Source: Arenicellales bacterium | GTDB lineage: Bacteria > Pseudomonadota > Gammaproteobacteria > Arenicellales > JAJDZL01 | DNA: 64,000 nucleotides | NCBI GenBank assembly: GCA_965200545.1 | Contig: CBDAUJ010000003.1 | Location: 60,196-124,195, forward strand | Direction: 5' to 3' | Shown here: piece by piece, positions 40,730 through 50,929 of the stretch | How the letters are laid out: each line of letters starts with the position of its first letter | How positions within the stretch are numbered: position 1 is the stretch's first letter | Program-made: the position numbers and the translations under genes | Notes under the pieces: generated by a model | Told to the model about the DNA's origin: nothing | What the model saw: only the letters and a program-made list of their open reading frames with translations | Databases searched by the model: none

Positions 40730-40887
40730 TTTTTTTCAGTAATTTTTTTTTGCCTCCATTTCTAGATGACTATGGTTAGGATTAGGGATAATTCCCAAAA
40801 TTTTTGATATACGATAATGTATGCAAGATGAGTTTTGTTTTTGCAAGTAGACAGTATCCGCGCGAGGTGAATTACTCTGCCAGAAAA

Positions 40888-42181
40888 ATGAAAAGCACAT
40901 GCCATCACCGCGATCTTTTGACATGCCACTCCCCCCCCCGAATTTGTGCCCTGGTCCTGCTGGGCATCCTTACTCTGACTAATATGGTCGATGTGCAGGC
41001 CGAGCCGGGTTGCAGCGGTGTGCCCACCGACAGCGATCAGATCCTGTGCGAGAAGCCCGAGAGCGGTACTTCGAATATTGAGATCGAGGCTGAAGGTGTC
41101 ACCATAAACACAACCGGAACTGGTGAACACGGAATCCACGGTCTTCACAAAGGGATCGCGGTCAACCAGATTACTGTCCGCAACGCGAAGGTAACGACAA
41201 CTGGCGATCGTGCGGATGGCATTAGAGCAACCCACGAAGGCAGCGGTACGATTGAGTTGGATATAAGCAACACCGATATTATGGCAAAGGGCAGAAACGC
41301 TGCCGGCATTTATGGATGGCACCGTCAAGCGGGTGATATCGAGATTAATGTCCGCAACACGGATATAACGACAGATGGCCCATTTGCGAACGGCGGCGTT
41401 CACGCAACGCACCGCGGCAGTGGCAAGATCAAGCTGGATATAAGCAACACCACTATTTCGACAAAGCACGTTAACAGCCACGGCATTTATGGACACCACA
41501 CTGCTTCGGGTATGGGTGATATCGAGATTGATGTCCATGACACCACTATCGACACCAAAAGTACAGATACGTATCGTTTAGGTGTTAGTGATATTTATCA
41601 AAGGCTTTGGCGTGACATCCGGCATTGTCGCAGCTTTGTTGGATGCCTGGTACGCCAGAGGCCGTTTTTCACTGACAGACTATACCTTGGACACCGCATC
41701 CAGCCGCGGCCGACTGAAGACGGGCAGCAGCGCACAGGCCGCTTCCCTAGAACTTGAAATTGGCAAGCGCGTTGATCTGAGCGAGCGGGTGAGGCTGACA
41801 CCGTTTGCCCGGGTCAGTCGCTCGGCCTTGGACACGGATGCTTTCACCGACTCAGTGAATGCTCGCGTCTCCCGGATCGACAGTTCACGCTCCACGGGCG
41901 GACTGGGGATAGCTGCCGAGACTGTACGCGCCGCGGGAAACGGGAAACTCTCCCTGCGCGGCTCGCTGGGCGTGGAACAGACCTTGATCGGCGCTCGGAC
42001 GAGTGTCGAAGTTTCGAGAGAGAGACTCTCTACTGGATCAGACAAAACACGTCCGACGTTGGGTTTGGCGAGCCTCTATCTTTGGGACCGGTTTTCGCTG
42101 GAAGCGGCGTTTTCGACAGCTGGCCTCGGAACGGGCGATACGCAGCATGCCGGGAGTGTCAAGTTCGGCATCAAATTCTAG
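40888..42181 (+). pseudogene. Autotransporter/adhesin pseudogene (internal deletion + frameshift)
   Basis: Signal-like region, then beta-helix-like repeats (I.LD.SNT.I.T.G..A.GI...H..SG). An out-of-frame partial beta-barrel (41582-42181) ends GSVKFGIKF. Confidence 0.8.
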
Positions 42182-42469
42182 GTCTCGGGTCGGGGACGAA
42201 TACATGGATTAGCGAGAGGCGGCGATCCATGAAAATCCGCATTCAGGGGAATCTGTTATGGAGCAGCTGTTTTATACAGCTGTCGATGGCCTAAAAGATC
42301 GAGAATCGGGGTGTCAAATCGGCGGATCCAACTGCTTGACCGCATCTACAGCATTTTCATTGTCGATTTGAGAATTTCCTGAGGGCACTGCCCTGCGAGA
42401 ACCTCTCATATAATCGCAGATTGCAGCAGACACTATTTGGTATCAGCCGACTCGGAGGAGGTCTCTAGA

Positions 42470-43372
42470 ATGCAGAAACAATTTGCAACTCAAGTTGCTG
42501 GCAACAAAGTAACGATTGACTGGAAGCCGGACTCTATTCCAGTTTTTGATGAATTGAGAATTCCTGAATGGTCCTCGGATCCTGACCTGATTCGGCAGTA
42601 TAAAAACGACGGTGTGGTGCTGATCCGCGGTCTTTTTCAAGACTGGGTAGAAAGTTTGCGGCAGGGGCTGCAGAAAAACCTTGATTCGCCGCAACAGTAT
42701 GCCTTTCCCTGCGAAAGCACTGCTCCCGGGGCGCCGGGCCGCTTTTTTGACAGCTATTGCAATTGGCTGCGCATACCTGAGTATTTCGAGTTTGTTACGC
42801 AATCGTGCTGCGCGTCGCTGGCCGGCCAGCTGATGAGATCAAGTTATGCGCAGATGTTCCATGAGCACACATTTTGCAAGGAGCCGGGGACTCAGCAGCC
42901 GACGCCTTGGCATCAGGATATGCCATATTATTGTGTCACGGGCAGCAAGACGGTGAGTTTGTATGTTGCGCTTGATTCAGCATCAGCTGACGTTGCGGTT
43001 CGGTTTGTGCGCGGTTCCCATCGGTGGGACAAGCTGTATCACCCTGTTGCTTTTCTGGACGGTTCTGACTTTGCCTCGACCGGCGCCTCTATGGACGCTG
43101 CGCCTGATGTTAATCTGGATCCGGACAGTTATCATCTCGCAGCCTGGGACCTTTTTCCCGGGGACTGCATTGCGTTTGATTTTCTGACTTTGCATGGCAC
43201 GACTGCGGGCCAGGTCAAAGGCAGGCGCCGGGCGCTATCAACCCGCTGGCTGGGCGATGACGTTGTTTACTGCGAGCGGGATGTGGAAACATCGCCGCCC
43301 TTGGTTGATCTTGACCTTCAGCCCGGAGACACTATGCGGGATGACTGGTTTCCGATTTTATGGAGACGTTGA
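42470..43372 (+). CDS. Phytanoyl-CoA dioxygenase (PhyH) family Fe(II)/2-oxoglutarate oxygenase
   Basis: GGAGGAGG RBS; KEPGT..PTPWHQD, RGSH, PGD...F...TLHG and RRALSTRW. Confidence 0.92.
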   Translation: MQKQFATQVAGNKVTIDWKPDSIPVFDELRIPEWSSDPDLIRQYKNDGVVLIRGLFQDWVESLRQGLQKNLDSPQQYAFPCESTAPGAPGRFFDSYCNWLRIPEYFEFVTQSCCASLAGQLMRSSYAQMFHEHTFCKEPGTQQPTPWHQDMPYYCVTGSKTVSLYVALDSASADVAVRFVRGSHRWDKLYHPVAFLDGSDFASTGASMDAAPDVNLDPDSYHLAAWDLFPGDCIAFDFLTLHGTTAGQVKGRRRALSTRWLGDDVVYCERDVETSPPLVDLDLQPGDTMRDDWFPILWRR

Positions 43373-43495
43373 ATTCAGTCCTAGGCGGGCGGCGGATTTT
43401 CGAATGCGCGAATTGGTAATGATCGTTTTCGGGCTGGTTTGTTTGCGGCAAATTCAAATTCAAATTCAAATAAAAATACTGAGCGTCACACCTGC

Positions 43496-44739
43496 ATGGA
43501 ATTAAGACCTTTTCCAAAACCAAGGCTAGCAGATCCGATCGAAGAGGAGATATGGCTGGAGCAGGCCGATCGCGCGGAAGTCGGACGTGAGCCTTTCTTC
43601 TGGTCGGGATCAAGAGTATGGCGTGTTCCAAAGGGCTGCGAAAAGTCTCAGGGATGGACGTGTAGGCGGCGGCACCATGATTTTCCAAGGCGCTCCTGGT
43701 GCTGGCAAGTCGGCACTAATGCAAGAATGCATGGAAGCGGTGCGACAGCACTCAACGCCGCAAGAGCCTTGGGCAGCTGTTTCTTTGCATCCAAAAACAC
43801 TGAAATCGCCTTCGCAGACTGTCGGACTGATGCTCAAAGCAGCCAATGCTGAAATCGAGAGACTATGCACGGTCGCCGCAGATCCGCTATCGGCAAGCCT
43901 TAGAGAAATGCGGAGTCTGGGCAGCCGATTTCTAGAGGAATTGTCGCAGCGAGGTGTCCATTTAGCTGGTTATGGAATGGGTTGGAAACCACAAAGTGAA
44001 GTTTCTAAGATTGATGAGCCGACGGCTGAGCGGGCGTTCAGCGAGGTGTCCGCAATGCTCAAGGATTTCCGTTTGCTGATGTTTGCTGATATTTATTGAT
44101 GAGGCGCAGACTGTGCCCGCTGGTGAATTGAGCACAGGCGTTATGCATTGCCTGCATCACAATCCTCAAGGTGTTTCTCTGGTGACTGCGTTTTTCGGAC
44201 TCAGCGATACCGGGTAAGTGCTGAGAACTTGTGGCTTGTCACAAAGACTCGCACACGGACGCGAGGTCAATTTAGAGCCGCTTGCCCTAGAAGATGCAAC
44301 GGTTTCGTTCCGACGCATGCTGGACACATATTACAGTGGAGCTTATGAAGAGAAAAATGCATGGGCGATTGCCTTGGCTGACCTTTCGCAGGGCTGGCCG
44401 CAGCATATCAAGGCAATTGGCTCAGCTGCCGGACGCGTTATTCGCGCCAATGGCGGCAAGCTGGAACGGCATTGGCTCAAGCAAGCTCTGGCCAAGGGCG
44501 CTGCGCAAAAATGCGCCTACTATGACCATCGATTGTCTGCCGGCTACAGCAGAAAGAAACTCTACCTAAAACTTGCAGAGGCTGCAAAGAGCCATTCAAA
44601 TGGCTGGCTGAATATTGATGAAATCGAAGCTCTGACAGCAACGGAATTGGCCAGAAGCATTCTGAAGAAGTTCCGCATACCTCAAGCGGGATCGCCTTTT
44701 GCCTGCGCGTTTGACTCACGGGCATCCCAGCTTTCATGA
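43496..44739 (+). pseudogene. ATPase pseudogene, paralogue of 3496-4806
   Basis: MELRPFPKP..., GAPGAGKS, DEAQ and SQGWPQH. Frameshift near 43600, 10-bp duplication near 44072-44092, in-frame TAA at 44215, truncated 3' end. Confidence 0.88.
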
Positions 44740-44873
44740 TCGCAGTCGGTTTGGTCGGCTGCAATTCCCAAAGTGAGATGGACCGTGCAATTCTCTTTAT
44801 CCTCACTCTGCTAGAAATACCGTTGCTGAGATTCATGTCCGTCGATGTCGCGGTGAATGATCAATATAGAAAA

Positions 44874-46158
44874 GGGGATTATATACTTGACTAAACCAGT
44901 GGAATAAAATATCATTGCGGCTCAAGCTTGGCAAAATCTGCAATGGAATAAAGGCCCATGAATCCGAGCCAGAAAGCTCCCGGCAAAGCGTATCGCGATG
45001 GCATTTCCGTGCTGCGGCTCATGGAGATGTTTCCCGACGAGGGGGCGGCGCGCAAATGGTTTGAGTCGATCATCTGGGAAGACGGGGGCGGCCGTGTGCC
45101 ACCGCTGCGGCGGCACCGACACCTACGAGGTTCCAAGCGGCAAGCCGCTGCCGCACCGGTGCCGCAGCTGCCGCAGGCATTTTTCGTGCCGCCACGGCAC
45201 CTTGCTGGAGAGCTCTCACATTGGGCTGCAAAAATGGGCGATCGCAATCTATCTGGTGGCCACCAGCCTGAAAGGCGTGTCGTCGATGAAGCTGCATCGG
45301 GACTTGGGAATCACACAGAAATCGGCCTGGCACATGCTGCACAAGATCCGCTATGCCTTGTCGGGCGAGATGCCGCCGCCGGCGCGGTCCGCGGTCGAGG
45401 TGGATGAGACCTACATCGGAGGCCTGGAGCGCAACAAGCACGATGCAGACAAGCTCAAGGCCGGCCGCGGCGGGGTCGGCAAGGCCATCGTGGTCGGGAT
45501 GAAAGAGCGCCGCTCCAAGCAGGTGGTCGCGCAGGTGATCAAGGACACCGCACGCCCGACCTTGCACGGATTTATCCGCGACCACGCCGCGGCCGGTGTC
45601 GAGGTCATGAGCGATGACTTCATCAGCTATCGGGAGCTTGACGGCTACAAGCACCGGTTTGTGCGCCATTCGGCGGGCGAGTATGCGGCAGGCGATGTGC
45701 ATGTCAACGGCATCGAGTCTTTCTGGTCGATGCTCAAGCGCGCGCACAAAGGAACCTATCACAAGATCAGCTCCAAGCACCTGGGCCGGTATGTGGGCGA
45801 GTTTGCCGGCCGTCACAATATCCGTGAGTTTGACACTGCCGACCAGATGGCGGCCATTGTGGCGGGGCTTGTCGGGCGCCGCTTGATGCACCGTGATCTG
45901 ACCGGCGGCAAGGATGGCCGATTGCGCTGATGCGAGGCGGGCACGGCGCCAGAGACGACCAAGGTGTGGACAGCATCAGCGCCGAGCAGCATTTGCGCGC
46001 CAGGCAGCTGGCGCGCCGGGTGCTGGCGGCATCGCCGCTGAAGACCGGCCGTCGCGGCGAGAAAGCCGATGGCAAAGCTCCGCACAGAGCAAAATAATTC
46101 TATAGACAGCCGATTTTCGGGAAAATATTTCACTGGTTTAGTCAAGTATATAATCCCC
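44874..46158 (+). mobile_element. IS1595-family insertion sequence (no clear passenger gene)
   Basis: 28-bp perfect inverted repeats GGGGATTATATACTTGACTAAACCAGTG; 8-bp duplication ATAGAAAA at 44866-44873 and 46159-46166. Confidence 0.95.
44958..45930 (+). pseudogene. IS1595-family transposase with a single frameshift
   Basis: N-terminus (FPDE..A..WF) in ORF 44958; remainder (CHRC, VEVDETYIGG, SDD, NGIESFW) in ORF 44998-45930. Removing one G from the G5 run at 45084-45088 restores the frame. Confidence 0.88.
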
Positions 46159-46382
46159 ATAGAAAAGTCGTGCGCTTGCATCTCAATGGCTGAATCGATC
46201 GCCCAGCGATACATAGACGGGCGATAAATCAATCAGCTCAGGGATCTGCGCATCTCGAAATTGCGAGTGTTGCAATTGGCGCCATTGACTTCCTTATAAT
46301 AGGGGCTTTAGATAAAGAGTATCCTTTCCCTCACGATCCGCAAACTGATTCCGAGCGGCTGCCGACTGCGCAGCGACAACCA

Positions 46383-47366
46383 TTGTCACAGGATTTGAAC
46401 AGCACTAGTGTGAGCAAATCACCTGCCACCAAGCGCAAAATCGGCGTTGTGGGTGTGGGATACATGGGTAATCTGCACGCTCAGCATTACGCAAGCAATG
46501 CCTCTGCCGAATTGGTCGGCGTAACGGACATCGATCTGGCGCGTGCGCGACATATCGCAGCAAAATATGAATGTGCTTATTTTAAGAAACCGCAAGATTT
46601 GATCGGCAAGATTGACGGTGTAAGCATTGCAGTACCATCCAACAAGCACCAGGAAGTAGCTGATCTTTTTCTTCGAGAAGGTATTCATGTGCTGATGGAA
46701 AAGCCGCTTGCGCCTACCGTGGCAGAGGCTGCGCACATCGTGGATCAGGCGAATAAATTCGGTGTCAAGCTTCTTGTCGGCCATCAGGAACGCTTCAACT
46801 CAGCGATTCGCGAGCTGGCCGACCGCATCGATTCGCCGCTTTACGTTGAGGCGCATCGAGAGGGTCAGTTTGCCGGTCGGGGAGGGGATGTCGATGTCAT
46901 CACCGACTTGATGATTCACGATATTGACTTGGTTCTCATTCTGATCAAGTCACAAGTCAAAAGTGTATCGGCTCTGGGTGCCTGCGCCGTCACTTCTCAT
47001 GTGGATATTGCAAATGCCAGACTTGAGTTCGACAACGGCGCGGTCGCGAATGTGACTGCATCACGGGTAGGCAGCGAGCGCATCCGCAATTTCAAGGTTT
47101 ATGCCAACAATCAGTACTTGGAACTTGATCTGCTCAAGCAGACTCTGACGCTCACATCATCATCGAAGCGCCAGCACGATGATTCGAAACCGATTACCGT
47201 TGTGGAACCGGTGAACATCAAGCCGAACCTGACGCTGAAAACGCAAATTGATCACTTTGTTGACGTTTTGAGGAACGGCACTGCACCGTATGTGACAGGT
47301 GAAGATGGCTTGTCCGCAGTGCGAGTCGCGCAAATGATTCGCGAAACAGTCGGGTCTCACAATTGA
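46383..47366 (+). CDS. Gfo/Idh/MocA oxidoreductase, GnnA-like
   Basis: GVGYMG..H, EKP, VGHQERFN, DVITDLMIHDID, DIANARLEF and TASRV; the start could be GTG at 46410. Confidence 0.85.
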   Translation: MSQDLNSTSVSKSPATKRKIGVVGVGYMGNLHAQHYASNASAELVGVTDIDLARARHIAAKYECAYFKKPQDLIGKIDGVSIAVPSNKHQEVADLFLREGIHVLMEKPLAPTVAEAAHIVDQANKFGVKLLVGHQERFNSAIRELADRIDSPLYVEAHREGQFAGRGGDVDVITDLMIHDIDLVLILIKSQVKSVSALGACAVTSHVDIANARLEFDNGAVANVTASRVGSERIRNFKVYANNQYLELDLLKQTLTLTSSSKRQHDDSKPITVVEPVNIKPNLTLKTQIDHFVDVLRNGTAPYVTGEDGLSAVRVAQMIRETVGSHN

Positions 47367-48475
47367 AGCCAGTGGTCGAGACTGTTCCTTATTTCGATCT
47401 TCGCGGTCAGTTTGCCGCATACAAGGATGCGTGGTTTGCGCAGATCGAAACTCTGGGACAAAGAGGACAATTCATTCTCGGGGATGCCGTTGCCGAGCTT
47501 GAAGAGCGTGTGGCCGAGTATTTTGGAACGCGCTACGCCGTCACGGTCAGCAGCGGTACGGACGCACTCGTGATCGCACTCAAGTCAGTCGGTGTGCAAC
47601 CCGGTGATTCAGTTATTATCCCGAACTTCACTTTTTTTGCGACCGCCGAAGCCGTCACACTGGCGGGGGCGATACCGAAGTTTGTCGATATCAGCCCGCA
47701 TCACTTCAATTTAGACCCCAGTCAAATTGCAGCGGCTATAGATGAGACGACAAAAGCGATTGTGCCAGTGCATCTGTTTGGGTGCCCGGCGCAGATTGAG
47801 CAGATTTGCCAAATCGCCGATACCCATCATCTCAAAGTCGTTGAGGATGCAGCGCAGGCATTCGGCGCCCGCATTGGCAATCGGCGCATCGGTCAATTTG
47901 GCGCTGCTGGGTGCTTCAGTTTTTTTCCGACAAAAATACTTGGCGCGTTCGGTGACGGCGGCCTGATTGTCACCGATGACGAGGAGGTTTGCGAGGCGGC
48001 CAGACGCTATCGAAGTCATGGCACAGCTGGCCCAAACCTGCATGATCGTGTAGGCTATACCGCTCGACTGGATCCGGTGCAGGCGGTGCTGATTCAGTTG
48101 AAACTTGAAAATATTGATGGATTCATCCAGGCGCGGCAAGCATACCGAGATGTATATTGCAATGAATTAAGGGATTTGTGCCGTACGCCCGAAGCTTGCG
48201 GTGCGGGTGAACATGTCTATAACGTCTTTACGATACAGACTGAAAAAAGAGGTGCGCTTGAAACTGCCCTGAAACACCATCAGATCGGTTACCAGATCTA
48301 TTATCCGCATGCCATTCACCAGCAGTCGCCGTATCAGTCGCTGGGCTATCAAGATGCTGATTTTCCAGTGACTTGCAAAACTTGCGAAACCGTTTTGTCG
48401 CTACCCCTGTATCACGATATGCCACAAGCGCACATCAAACGCGTAATTGAGGTTGTCCAGGATGCGCTGGCATAG
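47363..48475 (+). CDS. DegT/DnrJ/EryC1/StrS aminotransferase, GnnB/WbpE-like
   Basis: SGTDAL, PVHLFG, EDAAQAFG, SFFPTK.LG.FGDGG and LSLPLY; overlaps the upstream stop. Confidence 0.9.
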   Translation: MKPVVETVPYFDLRGQFAAYKDAWFAQIETLGQRGQFILGDAVAELEERVAEYFGTRYAVTVSSGTDALVIALKSVGVQPGDSVIIPNFTFFATAEAVTLAGAIPKFVDISPHHFNLDPSQIAAAIDETTKAIVPVHLFGCPAQIEQICQIADTHHLKVVEDAAQAFGARIGNRRIGQFGAAGCFSFFPTKILGAFGDGGLIVTDDEEVCEAARRYRSHGTAGPNLHDRVGYTARLDPVQAVLIQLKLENIDGFIQARQAYRDVYCNELRDLCRTPEACGAGEHVYNVFTIQTEKRGALETALKHHQIGYQIYYPHAIHQQSPYQSLGYQDADFPVTCKTCETVLSLPLYHDMPQAHIKRVIEVVQDALA

Positions 48476-48956
48476 CCTGGGCATCGCGGCCGGTCTGGTC
48501 GCAAGCCTTGCTTTTGGATCCCAGGCCATTGCAGCATGTCAGCTTGCCCCGCCAGTGTGGAGCACCATGGAAGTTCGCAGCGTTACGCTGACACAAGACT
48601 CCGCCGCGCCGCTTCGCATTCGATCACGAATTGCTGACACGCTGAGCAAGCGCGCGGCGGGTTTTCAGCATGTCTGTCCTGAGATCATCGAATTAAACTC
48701 AATTCTATTTATCTTTGAAAGACCGATACGATCGAAGTTTCATATGTTTAATGTTCATGATGAATTGGATATCGGTTTTTTTGATGACTCCAAAGTGCTG
48801 ATTGAAGTGCTGCAGATGACGCCTCAGGATCGCAGCCAGCCGAACCCGCAATACTACTCGCCAGGCGGTGCATTCCAATATGCGCTTGAGGCGAGAGCGG
48901 GTTTTTTTGCCGATCACCAGCTTGAGCCAGGCAAAACCCGACTTGAGTATCCATAA
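48462..48956 (+). CDS. DUF192-domain exported protein
   Basis: Signal peptide; RAAGFQH, FHM.NV...LDI.FFD and YALE..AGFF. Confidence 0.8.
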   Translation: MRWHSLGIAAGLVASLAFGSQAIAACQLAPPVWSTMEVRSVTLTQDSAAPLRIRSRIADTLSKRAAGFQHVCPEIIELNSILFIFERPIRSKFHMFNVHDELDIGFFDDSKVLIEVLQMTPQDRSQPNPQYYSPGGAFQYALEARAGFFADHQLEPGKTRLEYP

Positions 48957-49034
48957 TATTGATTGTCTTGTCTCAAGCCTGAACTTTTTTGAGATCCAAA
49001 TGCAAAGGTGCTGTGCTCCTGCCCAGAGGCCGGT

Positions 49035-49829
49035 ATGTCTGACGCGATCCTGACCCGCTGGAATGGCAATTGTTTCGAAATTCGCTTCAATCGCCCAAAG
49101 CAATTGAATGCGCTTAACGTCGATCTGCTCGAGTGCTTGGTTCAGGCTGTTGCCCAAGCGAAGGAAAGCGAGACTTTGCGCTGCGTCGTTCTGCAAGGCG
49201 AGGGCGAGCACTTCATGGCCGGCGGCGATATTGCATATTTTCACGAACTGCTCAAACTGCCGCACGAGGTGCAGATCGACCGATTCAGAAGTCTGATTGC
49301 GCGTGTGCATTCGGTTGTCGAAGATCTCGCAAGTTTGCCCGTGCCAGTGATCGCTTCAGTCCGCGGCGCGGCAGCCGGATTCGGTCTGTCGCTTGTGGCC
49401 GGGTGCGATTTGGCGGTCGCCTCTGAGACGGCCTTTTTCACATCATCCTACAATCTTCTTGGCACCTCGCCGGATGGGGGCAGCACGTATTACGCTGGGC
49501 AGGCGCTTGGATTCAAAAAAGCCATGGAGGTCATGCTGACAGCAAAGCGATATGATGCCGCGGCCGCTTTGGAGATGGGGCTGGTCAATCAAATCGCTGC
49601 AGATGATGCTTTGGAGGCGGGAACCGCACAGCTGGCTTTCGAGATCGCGCAAAGCGCCGCGCGGGCAGTGACGCATACCAAAAGATTGATTCGACATGCC
49701 TGCCAAAACAGCCTGGCGGCGCAGCTGCGGATGGAAACAGATTTGTTTTTGGAATGCATCCAGACAGATGATTTTGCCGAAGGCGTTCAGGCATTCATGA
49801 ATAAAAGAAAACCTCGTTTCAAAAACTGA
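49035..49829 (+). CDS. Enoyl-CoA hydratase/isomerase family protein
   Basis: FNRP..LNAL, FMAGGDI, GAAAGFG, SPDGG and EGV.AF..KRKP.F. Confidence 0.93.
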   Translation: MSDAILTRWNGNCFEIRFNRPKQLNALNVDLLECLVQAVAQAKESETLRCVVLQGEGEHFMAGGDIAYFHELLKLPHEVQIDRFRSLIARVHSVVEDLASLPVPVIASVRGAAAGFGLSLVAGCDLAVASETAFFTSSYNLLGTSPDGGSTYYAGQALGFKKAMEVMLTAKRYDAAAALEMGLVNQIAADDALEAGTAQLAFEIAQSAARAVTHTKRLIRHACQNSLAAQLRMETDLFLECIQTDDFAEGVQAFMNKRKPRFKN

Positions 49830-49932
49830 CAGGGCGACCTTCGTCCTGGGTCGACAATTCCAGCGATTCCTGCTAGAAGAAAGCCGCGGGCGGTGAATTA
49901 GTCTATAATCTGCCGCCCGGCGACAAATTCTA

Positions 49933-49981
49933 CTCCTTGCCTTGACGATGCCGGCAGTCCGAGGCTTTTATCCGTAAGGAG
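49933..49981 (+). promoter_or_regulatory. S6:S18 ribosomal-protein leader (rpsF cis-regulatory RNA)
   Basis: CTCCTT pairs with the AAGGAG RBS; inner stem GCCTTG/CGAGGC; unpaired CCG before TAAGGAG; TATAAT at 49904. Confidence 0.7.
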
Positions 49982-49988
49982 ACCTTCC

Positions 49989-50693
49989 ATGCGACACTAT
50001 GAAATCGTCGCTTTGGTGCATCCGAACCAAAGCGAGCAAATGAAAGCTACCATTGAGCGCTATCAGCAAATGGTGGAAGAATCGGGCGGCACAGTCCACA
50101 GAACAGAAAATTGGGGACGCCGCAAGCTTGCATACCCGATCAAGAAACTTCACAAGGCGGGTTATTTCCTGATGAACGTAGAATGCGAATCTGCGGTCAA
50201 AGACGAAATGGAAAACGCCTTCCGCTTCAATGACGCAATCATTCGAAGCCTGTTTATTCGCAAAGACAAGGCGGTTACCGAGCAGTCGCCCATTCTTGCC
50301 CAAATGCTGAAAGAAGAAGAGCATCAGCGCGAGGCGGAGGCTCAGGCCGCGCTGCAGCTTGAGCGCATGAAAGAGCAGCAGGCAGCCGAACAGAAGGCTC
50401 AGGCTGAAAAAGAGGCCGCACAAGCGGCGGTCGAAAAAGCGAAAGCCGAATCTGAAGCGAGTGCTGACGAGGTCGCTGCCGACGCGTCGAGCGGGGCGGA
50501 GGACGACAAGTCAGCAGAACCCGATGCGAAATCGCAGGAAAAGACGGCGGCTGCCGAATCGGCGCCACCTGCGGCGGAAACAGACAAAACTGACACCGCC
50601 GCCGGCAATGCAGACGCTGCGGAAACCGGTTCCGATGCGGACGATGCGCAAGTCAATCAATCCGATGATGAGCAGGAGACAAAAGAGTCATGA
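49989..50693 (+). CDS. rpsF: 30S ribosomal protein S6 with a long acidic C-terminal extension
   Basis: [29 protein letters not shown] and FRFNDAIIR. Confidence 0.97.
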   Translation: MRHYEIVALVHPNQSEQMKATIERYQQMVEESGGTVHRTENWGRRKLAYPIKKLHKAGYFLMNVECESAVKDEMENAFRFNDAIIRSLFIRKDKAVTEQSPILAQMLKEEEHQREAEAQAALQLERMKEQQAAEQKAQAEKEAAQAAVEKAKAESEASADEVAADASSGAEDDKSAEPDAKSQEKTAAAESAPPAAETDKTDTAAGNADAAETGSDADDAQVNQSDDEQETKES

Positions 50694-50914
50694 ATTATCG
50701 ATCACGAGGCAGAAACTTCTGCCGCTTTACCGCCGCTGGAGTCGAGGAAATCGACTACAAGGACTTGGATACGCTCCAGGCTTATATCTCTGAGTCTGGG
50801 AAAATTTATCCGAGCCGCAGCACTGGCACCAAAGCCATTTATCAGCGCCAGCTGGCCCGTGCCATTAAACGTGCCCGCTATCTGGCGCTCATTGGTTACA
50901 CCGATTCCCACTAA
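50690..50914 (+). CDS. rpsR: 30S ribosomal protein S18
   Basis: FCRFTA.GV.EIDYKD and [16 protein letters not shown]. Confidence 0.97.
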   Translation: MNYRSRGRNFCRFTAAGVEEIDYKDLDTLQAYISESGKIYPSRSTGTKAIYQRQLARAIKRARYLALIGYTDSH

Positions 50915-50929
50915 TTTGGGGTTTAGAAG

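Larger units (their letters stand above)
38006..40796 (+). mobile_element. IS1595-family element carrying passenger genes (transporter IS)
   Basis: Left end GGGAATTATCCCTAATCCTAA(TCCTAA)CCCTAGTCATCT; right end reverse complement GGGAATTATCCCTAATCCTAACCATAGTCATCT. 8-bp duplication AAAATTTT at 37998-38005 and 40797-40804. Confidence 0.92.

Noticed and set aside
40762..41538. 258-aa minus-strand ORF with internal repeats
   Set aside because: It is the antisense shadow of the autotransporter passenger repeats.
42264..42282. LexA-box-like palindrome CAGCTGT-TTTAT-ACAGCTG
   Set aside because: The CTGT-ACAG spacing is 5 nt, not 8, and no SOS gene is adjacent.
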